Assembly: GCF_006345805.1 (NCBI RefSeq)
Contig: NW_021831679.1
Span: 1-33,155 of the forward strand
Length of the DNA: 33,155 nt
DNA from: Octopus sinensis
Taxonomy: Eukaryota
Direction: 5' to 3'
The notes below the pieces were generated by a model. It was given only the letters and a program-made list of their open reading frames with translations. It ran no database searches and had not been told where the DNA came from. Positions 1 to 12,440 of the stretch are shown here, piece by piece (the stretch's first letter is position 1; every line of letters begins with the position of its first letter). Both the position numbers and the translations under genes were made by a program.

Positions 1-550
1 GTAAAATTTTTGTTGAGTAGAACTGATCCTTCAAGTAAATATTTATGCTTCAAGTATTCTTCAATAGTGGCCAGATGAGTTTTTTCCAGCACTTAGGCCT
101 GAAGAATCGAGAAGCTTTTTTGCAGATACAAATTCGGTTTTTTAAGTCCGTAAGGAATCCAAAAAGCATCCGTTCACTTAGGAAAGAGATTGAGTTCAAT
201 CCTCTTCCAAGATTGTTACGGGGGAGGTATAATCTCTATTTGTTCGAAGGTGTATTTTGTATTCTGTTAATTTTGCCCGAATCGTATCGTCCACCATTTC
301 ATATTCAAATGTCTCGATATCGATTAATCCAATATGATAGTTGTACAATGAGAGAGCGTGCTCGTTAATTGGTTTGAACAAATTCAATCCATTCAGTTTT
401 GTATTTGCTAACTTTTCAATTCGTGTGATTCTCCAAGAATTATTTTCAGCATGCCCGATTTTTGAATTTTTCCTGCTGAGCTCTCAAGTACTCCCAGATT
501 ACTTATATCCATCAAGTTCATCAAGAACGTACTGCAAAAGATCCTGCTAG
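1..550 (-). mobile_element. Non-LTR retrotransposon relic, R4/Dong-like reverse transcriptase C-terminal region
   Basis: Minus-strand translation across frameshifts gives DELDGYK(Y)LGVLE (RT YKYLG motif), NLFKPINEHALSLYNYHIGLI, and PSNK*RLYLPRNNLGRGLNSI (RLYLPRxxGGRGL motif of R4/Dong/RTE-type RTs). It runs off the window start. Confidence 0.75.
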
Positions 551-574
551 AAGGGAGAAAATCAGCAACATAGT

Positions 575-1200
575 CCCTTTGAAAATCATCGCTATGAATG
601 CCCGATCTATTAAAAACGGCATAACGACTTCTTTAAGATGGTAAACAGCGTTTATCCTGACATTATTGTCGTCAACGAGTCAAAGCTCTCAAAAAACCAG
701 TCGTATGAACTACGAGGTCCAGATAATCAAGAAACCTGAAAGTCGACGAATCGAGCTACCGTCAAATAAGCCTTATTACAACCATCTCAAGGCTAATGGA
801 AAAAATCATGGCAAAGCGCCTCGATTTCCTGGCCAAAGAGAAGAACGTTCTGCTCACGCAGTAATGGGGTTTCCGCTTGGAACGGAGCTGCAGTGACTGT
901 TTCCTGACGATGCAGTCCTCAGTCTTGAGACCAATGGAATTCAAAGAAATTATATCTCTCGTATTCTTAGACATCTCGAAGGCTTTCGACAGAGTTTGGC
1001 ACCGAGATCTGATGGAAAGGATACAACTCTGTGAACCACCGGAAGAGGTCTTCCTCTGGGTACAATGCTTCCTCTCAAACCGTTACTCTTTCGTGTCCGA
1101 ATCGGCTATCACTCCAGGAACATCAAACTCCACAGGGGGATGCCGCAAGGGTCCTGCCTCAGTCCGTTTCTCTTCAATTTGGTAATGAACAGTATCAGGG
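575..1200 (+). mobile_element. Degenerate LINE (APE endonuclease start joined to RT by a large internal deletion)
   Basis: LKIIAMNARSIKN...PDIIVVNESKL (APE N-terminus) is followed within ~50 bp by SYRQISLITTISRLMEKIMAKRL, GFRLERSC, LVFLDISKAFDRVWH and PQGSCLSPFLFNLVM (RT motifs). It has stops and frameshifts and ends before YADD. Confidence 0.8.
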
Positions 1201-1644
1201 TAATACCTAAATCAGTACAATATTCACTATAGACAATAGTGAACAAAAAAATAGAACAAGAAATCAAAATAACAATAAACAGTATTAAAATATAATTACA
1301 AAGGTTATTTAGAGATTTTAATTATGTAATCGGTGATTTTAGAAAAACGATTTCCTAACTAAAAATAATATTTTAATTTATGAATTGCTATTTTTTTCAA
1401 ATAAGAAAAATTCAAAATGCTTTAAATTAGAAAAATACGCAGAAAATGTATTTTTATTCGAAAATTTTGTCTATTTGAATGTTCGGTTATAAATGTTTCT
1501 CTGCTAATTAGGTTTTGAATTTTTTTTATTAACAAAACAATCAAGACAAATTATGTTATTTAAATTTTTTTAATTCTTTTCATAAGTGTCTTCTTAGTAG
1601 TTCCATCGTCCATTTCAACTCTGACCATATTATGCGGGAGGATT

Positions 1645-2556
1645 TCACTTATTGTACAACTTCTCCGTATGGACTTTCAAATTTTTTGAGTGCAAGTGAA
1701 GCTGTTTATTATAAAAATAAACAGCTTCATCTATATACTTCGTCCAACACTTATCTTCATCATTAGCCATCATTTTAGATAGCGACCTCGTAACCGTTTG
1801 GTTAAAACGCTCGATGATGCCTTGACTTCTCGGATTGTTTGGCCTACTGTGTATCTGTTGAATGTTGAAACATACACACAAGGCAGTGACATGTGGATTT
1901 TTGAATTCAGTTCCATTATCCGATTGCAAATATTGACACGGTCCAAAACGTAGAAAAATTTTTTTGAGATTTTCAGCAACGTCAATTCCGCTTTTATGTT
2001 TTAGGTTTCGAGTGAATGCAAACTTTGAGTAGACGTCAATAACCGTTAAAAGCCATGCTATAGTTTCATTTGTTTGTTTAAATCTTTAATATATAATACA
2101 AAAAATTGATACATCTTCAGATCAATTAAATCCATCTGGAATTTTTCATTGGGACGATTGGCAATCACGTGATTTTCTTCATCCCCTAGTTTCAAGGGAG
2201 TTGAAAATTTGCAAATTTCACAATCGGCAACAATTTTTCGGATTATTTGTCGTTTTACAGTGAAATATCTTTCATGGCACATGTTCTCGAGAGTGTTATG
2301 TCCACAATGCGAAACGAATTTGGCTAGCCACCAATTTCATCTCGTCAACGTTGTCCGTCGAAATCACTAATTTGTGATTTCCACACGGCTGTTTGAGGTA
2401 TATTCTTCCATTGATTAAAATGAACTTTTCAGCTTTCTTTTTAAGGCAGTAAACTTTTTGTCTCGATTGATTTTCGATATTTTGTCCATTTAAAACTTTT
2501 TCTAGCAATCGATACTCATCCATATCTCTTACAAAAGAACGCGACATAAGTAACAC
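1645..2556 (-). mobile_element. Gypsy-type integrase gene (Ginger/GIN/KRBA2-like), degenerate, with one 29-nt intron
   Basis: HHCC-like region (HCGHN...CEIC) and DDE core QMDLID...QSDNGTEF...QGIIERFN. Removing intron 2084-2112 joins DLIDLK to IFKQTNETIAWLLTVIDVYSKF in frame. Frameshifts near 2310 and 1690. No gag or RT adjacent. Confidence 0.8.
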
Positions 2557-2822
2557 AGAAGAAACACGAGTTTATATAATAATAATAATAGGCACGCATG
2601 TACCTGAGCCTTCACTTGTGCCAGCCACACAAGAACAAGAGAGAACAAGTAACTATTAATTCTAATTAATCCGAGGTGGGAGAGTTTTCTCTTGTCTTTT
2701 TTAACTGTTTTTTTGGCGTGTGGCTGAAGAAGACTAGGAAGCTCAACATCCCATCCGGAGATCCGTTCCATGCGGAGTCCGTGATATTACAATTCCAGAT
2801 GTATGGTTATCCGGATATTTTT

Positions 2823-3163
2823 TTTTCTAGTTATCTTTATTTATGTAAACCAAAAGAGAAATAGTCATTGGCAGATAGCCAGAGTATTGCCTCTGACTAT
2901 GGCTATAGATATTCGTTCGATTAAATACCGGTGCTCACACGGGTCGCCGGTAACCCTTCCGATTAATGAGGCAATGCGCTGGAGTAGGGTCCGAGTAGAA
3001 GGCCCCTGTATTCCTGACGTCTCAACAGCCAGGGGGACAAACACTCTCCCATTCCCAATTCCAGCGTATTTCTCAGCTTTTCTCTTCTCTGCCCGTTCAG
3101 ACGGGGCTCCAGGATTCTCGATACATAATTTGATGTTCTGATTGGAAAAGGAGTTCACACACG
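2823..3163 (-). mobile_element. 5'-truncated CRE-clade non-LTR retrotransposon (RLE domain C-terminus, 3' UTR, A-tail)
   Basis: AEKRKAEKY...FVPLAVETSG...LIERISIAIVRGN is typical of the CRE-type restriction-like endonuclease. 13-bp target duplication TCCGGATATTTTT at 2810-2822 and 3164-3176. Confidence 0.82.
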
Positions 3164-3273
3164 TCCGGATATTTTTGTTTTAATATTTAATAGATTAATT
3201 TTAAATATTAAGAATAATTTTATTAGGCTTAGCGATAAATTAATTTTTAATCTTTATAGAAAAATAAGTGAAA

Positions 3274-3313
3274 TGTCACGACCTAGGCTCGGTAACAACC
3301 TAGGCTCGTGACA
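3274..3313. repeat. 40-bp mini-element with TGTCACGA...TCGTGACA inverted ends and internal CCTAGGCTCG direct repeat
   Basis: Read directly from sequence. TGT...ACA termini resemble Gypsy/Ginger ends. No target duplication seen. Confidence 0.45.
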
Positions 3314-3415
3314 TAATAGATGACGTCATTAGAGAAATTAAGATTATTCGTGACAATTTTTATCTGTTAATCTCAGATGCCGCTCCTTATATGATTTCTG
3401 GTGATATAAAAGTAT

Positions 3416-3682
3416 CGTCTGGACTGTGACATTTAATATTTTAAAATTTTTTCTAAATAAAAAAAATTCAAGTTAATCGATAAAACGTTATGTCGGGTCA
3501 AAAATGCGTTATGTTTGTTTTTTGTGGGTGAATAATATGAACTTTTATCCAAAAAAAGACATAAAAAACACTAATATGGTATAATTGGAGTAAGGTATAT
3601 CTATTTAGTTATTTTTTATTTATTTTTATAAATTTTTAAAAAGTGACTCACGTCCGGCGTGACTCACGTCTGGACTGTGACA
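3416..3682. repeat. 16-bp direct repeat pair CGTCTGGACTGTGACA (probable TE termini)
   Basis: Identical copies at 3416-3431 and 3667-3682. The second is preceded by a GTGACTCACGTC repeat. Confidence 0.55.
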
Positions 3683-4216
3683 ATTAATTCCCGGTTTTTG
3701 GATGAAAAGTCGTGTTGCATTTAAATTTTGGTCGACTTTAATTTCAACTTTTTCTTACCTATTTTTTAATTAAGTTAATTTTATAAGAAATTCAAAAATA
3801 AGAATCCTTTAAGACTCCTGCAAGTCTAGTTTAAATGACGATATCACATCCTTGCACTGTAATGTCAGGGATTTCAGCTATATTTAATTATTTTGATAAT
3901 ATTGACTGCTTCCATTACATAGAATTAGAATAAAAAGGATATTTAATATAAAGTCCATTCAAAAAAATTAAAAATGAGTCATCTTTTAGTAGTTAATAGA
4001 CGACAATAGTGAAGAATCGGGTTTGAAAAAGCCCTGATTGTCAAAAGCAAAGAATATTTGACAAATAACAAAAATATGTTGTTTTCTAAGCTAATTATAT
4101 ATCAAATAGTAGAAAGTAACAATCGAGTAATTGTTATAAAGATTAATTAGTTTTAACATTTTTCGTAGAATTTTAGATTCTACCCTCATCCAAAATATCG
4201 CCGTCGCGTTCTTGTA

Positions 4217-4596
4217 TTAATTTGAACTTTTTTGTGTCTGATTTTTGTGATTTTGACACTGCATTATTGCTAAAATTCATTTACCTGAATATTGGTAAAC
4301 TTTATTTCCTCTGGCATTTTCAATATTTTTTCTGAATATTCAGAACTCATTTCTACTTCTATATTAAATCCATTTTCACATTTCATAATGAGTTTACAGA
4401 TATCTTTGTAACTTTTATTTTTAACATTTATATTGTCAATTTTTAAAATGACGTCTTTAACCTGTAAACCAGCTTTTTCAGCAGGCGAATTGGGAATTAT
4501 CTCATTTATTATGTGAGTTTTTTGACCCGGAATCGAATCCAAGATGATTCCGTACATAAAGTTTGGGCGTTTCAATACTATTCTGCGTTAATCCAT
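4217..4596 (-). CDS. Single-PDZ-domain protein (NHERF/PDZK-like), in-frame TAA at codon 3
   Basis: MD*RRIVLKRPNFMYG...IIPNSPAEKAGLQVKDVILKIDNINV is a PDZ signature. 26-nt GT-AG intron at 4259-4284. TAA at 4588-4590. The 3' end is uncertain. Confidence 0.72.
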
Positions 4597-5967
4597 TTCA
4601 GTAAAAAGTTTAAAATTAATTCAACAACTTAAAAAATAACTTTAAATTTATTGTCTTCATTAATAAAAAAATAAATTACCTAAAATTTACAAAGACTGTC
4701 TATTTTTCAATCAGCCAAAAAAATGTTTTTCTCGATAGAATTTAATTTTACAAATCCTTTCAATACACAACAGAATTTATATTAGTTTGAGACTTTAGCT
4801 GTTGTTAACTAATCAACTTTTTAAAAACCAGGAATAACGACAAGTTGCTTCCCTGTTACCCACCTTTCTCTATAAAAGATTTATTGAGCGTCCAGCAATA
4901 GCTAGATGATACCTTTAAGGTTCCAGTGTCGTTGGGAATTGAAAATAAACGCTGGAAAACTCAGAAAATGTAAGATTGCCTCTTTCCTCTTCCAGAAGTA
5001 AACATATTAACTCTCAGACGTACAAATGCAAAAGAAGCATCCGACAAGGATATCTCCAAAATTTTTTTTCCTGTGGTCTTGGTGTTAAAAATTTTTATTA
5101 TTTTGTTTCTAATCCAAGAGATCATTAAAGGAATATTCATTCCAACCAATGTAGGTGAGCAATCAATTTTTAAGGTGTAATTCTAAGTAGGGTATCGTTA
5201 GTTTTTCTAAAGTACAAATATATTGAGAATCATACTTATAACTGCTATGGTACTACCTTATTGACATTACAGAAATATTGTGATTTAAGTAACTATCTTA
5301 AGTTGCTATTTGGTATAACACAATTGACGAGATGATTTCATAAATTTTATAAATCAGGGGAAACGGAGCAACTTTTAGCTTGTGTTTTGACGGAATTATC
5401 ATAGGTACGAGATAGTGAATTAGAAAATTTAATTATTGCTGACAAAAAAATGATTGTAAAAATGAGATACATGAAAAAAATATCAATGTTGGAACGACTG
5501 TGCTTTTAAGGTCTCAACGTCAAATTAATTTATATACAGGACAACGATGCCAATGTTCGGCAGTATCCAGTGTATGGTGGACTTGATGTTAACAAGTATA
5601 TTGTTGTCAAGCGAACAATTGATCTCTATGTTATCGGAAAAAAGACGGAGAAGGGTTATATGGAAATCATAATTCTCGTAACGCGTTTTAACTTTATTCA
5701 TAGTAACTATCTAGGTTTCATTTTGGAATTCGATCTAATTCTTATGAATTAGCTATTAATCTGTTATCAGACACTACATTTTTTACTTTTCCCTTTTCTT
5801 TATACAGTGACTCCTCTGAAATTGGCCACCTCTGAAATTGACCACACTTATAAAATTATCTTAAGAAAAATTCGAATTTCCATTGAAAGTGGCCAATTCT
5901 CAAATTGACCATAAATTTTAAAATATATTTTATATAATTTGCAAATTAATAAAATTTCAGTTATTTT

Positions 5968-7510
5968 ATGTCTTCGAACAATTCTCGTGGTAATTATACT
6001 CGTCTCACTTTTTATCAAAAAATACAGATTTTAACTTATAAAAATCAAAATGAAGATGTTTCATGTCAGTATTTGGCTGATAGATTTTTCCATTTGTTTA
6101 AAAAGAAGATTTCCAGAAAAACAATTAATAATATTATTTTGAAAAAAGATTTTTTTCTCAAAGAGTGTAAAAAACAAAATCTATCTTCAAAAAATGCGCA
6201 TAGACTCAAGTTCCCACAGCTTGATGCTATGTTAGTTGAATGGATGGATTCGATTGAGTCTAAAGGTAATTTGTACTAATTTATGATTAAGGTGGCTTTC
6301 TTAATGATGCTTTAATTTCAAATAAGGCTAATTTATTCGCAGCTGAATTAAAACTGGATAATTTTAAAAACTCAAATGGATACCTTCATAAATTCAAAAA
6401 GAGGCATGGTTTTCGAATGACCAAGTTACATGGAGAAATGAGAATTAATGATCCAGTAGATGTCGACTTATCGAAAAATTCATAGAAATATCAAAGAGTT
6501 ATAATGCCGATCAAATTTATAACTTGGACGAAACGGGATTGTATTACAAGCTGATTCCCTCGAAGAGTATTTGTAGAAACAGATTTCAAGGATATAAAAA
6601 TTTCAAAGATCGTATTTCTATTATGCTATGTTCAAATATGAGTGGAAATCATAAATTGAAACCTGTGATGATCTCGAAACCTAAAATGTCAAGATGCTTT
6701 AAATCTTATGACTATAAATGTTTCATTGATTATTATAGCTCAAAACGAGCTTGGATGACAGGAACAATTTTTACTAACTGGCTATTAAACTTTGATTACC
6801 ATCTTAAAAATGAAAAAAAGCAAAATTTACTTCTCATGGACAATTGTCCTTCACATTGTGTTCCATCAAATTTGGATAACATAAAAATATTGTTTTTTCC
6901 TCCAAATAGTACTGGTCTTATTCAACCTATGGATTTGGGTATAATAAAAACAGTTAAAACACATTTTACTCGACACAAGTTAATGTATTTGACTGATTTG
7001 TTGGAACAGCAAAATATTTCAGTATACAGTTCCTACAAAAAGTTAACTCTAAAGGATATTGTAATTTTCGTAAAAATGGTTTGGGAAGATGTGTCTGAAA
7101 AAACGATTGCAAATTGTTTCGGAATTTTAAGCAACCCATTAAAAAAGAATCATGTAGTTGAAGTTCAAGATATTGCAGTAGAAAAAACTGACATTTTTGA
7201 TCCCTTAGAAGTCGAAGAATTTCTTAATTTTGAATATTCTGAAAATGATACATTTCAAGACGTTGAGGATATTGAAAATATAAAAAATGAAAAAGAAGTA
7301 GAAGCTGAAGTAGAATCCAATGATTCAATTGACAAAGAAGACATTGTGGTTAAGTTAACTAAAATTGAAAACGAGCTCCTAAAAAACATTGAGAACGAAC
7401 ATGAAGTTCAATTGATTACATCCATAAGGCGCTATAAGGAAAATGTCATTAAAACTCAAAAAAAGCAGATGGGCATCCAATTCTACTTTAAGAACATTAA
7501 TAATGCTTAA
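5968..7510 (+). CDS. pogo/Tigger transposase (HTH-psq, CENP-B HTH, DD30D), one 26-nt intron, one frameshift
   Basis: Intron 6266-6291 joins ESKG to GFLNDALI. A -1 frameshift lies in the A-run at ~6475. Catalytic motifs NLDETG, LLMDNCPSH and IQPMDLG, with 30 residues between the second and third Asp. Confidence 0.9.
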
Positions 7511-7596
7511 TTACTTAAAATTTTCTGGATAAAAGTTGTTCTTATTCAAAATTTAATTTACACAAAAGATTGATTTTATTTCTCAAATTGGCCATT

Positions 7597-7920
7597 CTTA
7601 ATGCTCAGCCGCTGAGAAGGCTGAGGTACATAAAGCTCAGAAATATTCCAACCTGCTGGACAACTTTATCTTCTCCCCAATATCTGTAGAAACCTCCGGG
7701 GCCATGAGCCAAAAATCGTTTGAACTCGTTGTGAAAATCGGGAATCTGATCTCGAGAAGACGGAGAGAGCCTCGGGAGAAGCAATGGTTGTTCCAAAGAA
7801 TATCCATTGCGATCCTGAGGGGCAACGTCTTCTCGATCATCAGCAGCTTAAGATTATGATAATCATTTTCGCTCATTTGTTTTCATGTTAATGTATGTTT
7901 TTTTAACAAAATTAAAAAAT
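7597..7920 (+). mobile_element. 5'-truncated CRE-clade retrotransposon fragment nested in pogo A
   Basis: Frame 7602-7859, absent from the ORF track, reads AAEKAEVHKAQKY...FSPISVETSG...WLFQRISIAILRGN. A-rich tail. 11-bp duplication AATTGGCCATT at 7586-7596 and 7921-7931. Confidence 0.85.
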
Positions 7921-8199
7921 AATTGGCCATTTCTCGAATTGACCACAAAACACCTGGAACCGAAAATGACCAATTTCAGAGGATTCACTGTATAAGGATT
8001 CAAACATAAACTGTTGCTATTTAATTATGCCTCATTCCCTATTTTATTTCGGATCATTCCTTATTTAAAATATGCCGATTGTCCATTATCATAAATCGAT
8101 TTGTTTTTTCTATGAGTTTGTATTTTTTGATTTAGATGTAGTTGTCACTGATTTTAATATTCACTATTATTTTTCACGTAACCTAAGGATTTTTTTGGA

Positions 8200-8660
8200 T
8201 TTTTTTAGCAAGGTAAAATAACAAGTAAAATAGAGAAGTTAACTAATTTAGATGAGTCGCCGAGCGGATGGACATGCAATTTCCACGTAATATCGCGAAC
8301 GATATCCGCTGAAAAAGCCAGCTCGTTTCGCGACTGTCGTGACTCCTCCTCGAGATGATTAAACCAATCTTTGAGAGGAGTTGGAGGGCTTTAGGTCCAA
8401 TTATCCCACTGGTCTCGAAAGCCAGGAGAATGAAGCAGCAGGTATCGGTCAAAGAGGCATATTTTGCAGTTTTCCTAGATTCGGCAAGGGCAGATGCAGA
8501 TCCAGGACGAGAAGCGGAGTCAACCAACGATGATGAAGAAAATGAGTCTACGCAGGTAACATCCCACACCTGTGCCATTCCCTTCCTGAACGGGAATAAG
8601 GTCGACCCGTCAGGGCGTTTTCCATCTCCACGGTCTAGTCCTATCGGTTCTAACATCGAG
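8200..8660 (-). mobile_element. 5'-truncated CRE-clade retrotransposon fragment including the PD-(D/E)xK core
   Basis: ORF 8243-8656: EPIGLDRGDGKRPDG...VWDVTCVDS...AESRKTAKY...AFETSG...LFQRISFAILRGN. No clear target duplication found. Confidence 0.85.
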
Positions 8661-8975
8661 TAACATTATAATAACATAATAAAATCTTTTGTGACAAACT
8701 ATTTTTTAATAAAATGGCGCTAAACCGTTTCGTATAATGAATTACTTGTGTTTCAAATTCAATGTCGAAAAATAATCTGTGGTTTTAAATCTAAATCCCA
8801 CTGGTCGTCCAGGATTGGTTGTGACGTATTAATATATTACTTTATTTATACATATTTTTAATAAATTTAAAATAAAAATAATATTGAATAAAAAGATTCT
8901 CTTAAATACTATCTTCTTTGTTATTTATCACGTTGGATATAATTCTAATGAGTCCTCATAGTAACTAATTTTTTA

Positions 8976-10468
<1,493 letters not shown>

Positions 10469-11061
10469 TTTTTTGTTAGTTGTTTATTCCTGTTTGTTAT
10501 TATTTACTGTATCCATTATATTCTTCATGTACAATCCACATACTAGAGTAAGGATAAGTACGTGAGTCCATTAAATATGACTCTTATACGAGTCATCCTC
10601 TATCTTTGAACTTATTGAAAAACATCCATTGTTCATTTTTAAGATAAGAATGATAAACTTTATTAGTTTAATAACAAATATGGATTTAATCTAAAAAAAT
10701 AATTCTTTAGTGACGAGAGGCTGACGCGATCGAGAAAGAGTTAGAGCGCACTATCCAAGAAATATTCGCTCAAAAAACCATCTCGATTCGCGGGCGTCGC
10801 CTGTGAGTATAGATTTCAAAAAAGATAAGAATTATAATTGTTTATTTATATGATGTTTCAGATGATAGGCAAATAAAATAATAGGGGAAGTAAACTTAAT
10901 ATTAATACAACTTTTTGTTAGAAATCCATTTCTTTCGTCAGGAAACAATGATACAAATATCAATCAAAAACATTTCATTTGTTCACATAATTAAAAAAAT
11001 AGAATTATTTAAGTATTTGATCTTCAAAAAATTTACTCATTACTTATTTTATAATCAAGAT

Positions 11062-11483
11062 ATGCATGCGGAAGAAACGAAAGCGATTATTTCAGACATA
11101 AAATTTAATGAAATGCTAGACAAATTAAGAAGCTCCTGTCTAAAATCTCTAGAACCAACAGTCGACTATTATCTACATATTTAGACATATAAAGCTCTAA
11201 AACAACAAATCCAAGAAATCGTAGGCGACTACCTCAAATCTATTGATATTACTTCAAAAATATCAAAATCTAAGCTTATTGATGTCATTTCCGACCAACT
11301 ACTAAAGTACTAGTTCATGCTAACGTAGGGCCGAGCACATAACTGAGGAGATTTATTCTATTGTCAAGAAATTGGTTGCAGAAATTAATGAAAAAATAGA
11401 GATCGCTAAATATTTATCGAGTTATTGCTACTCGATTATTTTTAGAATCTTTAAAAAAAAGAAAAATCTCGTTCGAAAAATAA
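11062..11483 (+). CDS. BOD1/Shg1-like small protein, apparently intact after splicing
   Basis: IISDIKFNEMLDKLRSSCLKSLEPT|TYKALKQQIQEIVGDYL resembles the BOD1 N-terminal domain as recalled. Introns 11161-11184, 11307-11328 (with CTAAC) and 11421-11445 give an open frame ending in TAA. Confidence 0.6.
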
Positions 11484-12440
11484 GAATTAGATATTTTTAT
11501 TATTAATTTTTTTAATAAATAAAATGTCTTTATTTGGGTTTCGTTCTTGTGGGGAACAGTTCTTTTATATTTTTTACACTCTGAGATCGTTTTTTATTGA
11601 GACCACGAAGATTATTGGATGGCTCAGATTTTCTTATTTTGTGCTCTAAAACTAGTTATTTGTGGTCTAATGGTTTTTTATCAGGTCATGTACTATATAC
11701 TTTTAATTTAAGAATTATCCCCGTTATTTAAAAAAATAAAATATCAGTTATGTAGTTGTTAAGTTTTTTTGTTTTTTCTAAAAAATACAAAATTTTGTAT
11801 ACCCTTTCAATATTTTTTCAATAAACACCTTTCTAAACTTTTAATTTTATTTAATCAAACAGGATAAACAGAGAATAAATGAATGTCCCAGAATTCCCAA
11901 GAGTTCAACCAGAATGAGTCTGTACATGTTTTTCCCGACGTAATTCTCACAGTACTGTCACGTAAGTTAGAAAGACTAACATGGATCCCAGAAATTATAT
12001 TTTGAGTCACAGACTGACCAGAATGTAGAAATAAATGTAAACCGAAAAAATGTTGATCGAAATTAATCAAAATATCAAAAAACAAATCTGATGAGTTTAA
12101 ATTTTAGTTTTGTTTCGGGGAGGTAAAGTTCAACTTTTTCAAAAAAATTCGAAATCAACAACAATAATAATCCGTCGATAAAATACACAAACAAGGTCAG
12201 AAACTCCAACCAAAGATTGTCCTTTCATTTTTACCCACAAAGTTACAGGATTGTCGATCGTTAATTTATTGGCGTAGTAAAGAGCGATCACGTGTACAAA
12301 AAACAGGACTACCGAAACAAATCCCGTTAGAGCTCTTATAAACGTGTAATAAATTTGTTTATCACGTGTTTTCAAACACCTTTCCCTCTCCTTAGAGTCG
12401 ACCAATTTTTTCTAAATGTTTTGACTGGAAATTACTATTA

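Larger units (their letters stand above)
5805..7990 (+). mobile_element. pogo/Tigger DNA transposon A, full length
   Basis: 24-bp TIRs CAGTGA(C/A)TCCTCTGAAATTGG(C/T)CA, TA duplications at 5803-5804 and 7991-7992, subterminal AAATTG(G/A)CCA repeats. Contains a nested CRE fragment. Confidence 0.95.

Noticed and set aside
2575-2810. Retroelement 3' end with a (TAA)5 tail, possibly GIY-YIG-like
   Set aside because: Only vague similarity, no catalytic motif and no TSD.
8355-8663. Long opposite-strand or alternative-frame ORFs (e.g. 45-368, 2803-3141, 7605-7876, 8355-8663, 14664-14936, 19544-19805 plus strand, 27146-27403)
   Set aside because: They are shadows of GC-richer TE or gene sequence on the other strand or frame, with no independent motifs.
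11855-12405. DEG/ENaC or proton-activated chloride channel
   Set aside because: The initial resemblance came from off-frame ORF-track text. The alternative frame gives TMC motifs (VGKNMYRL) that connect to SFLFYGNY upstream.
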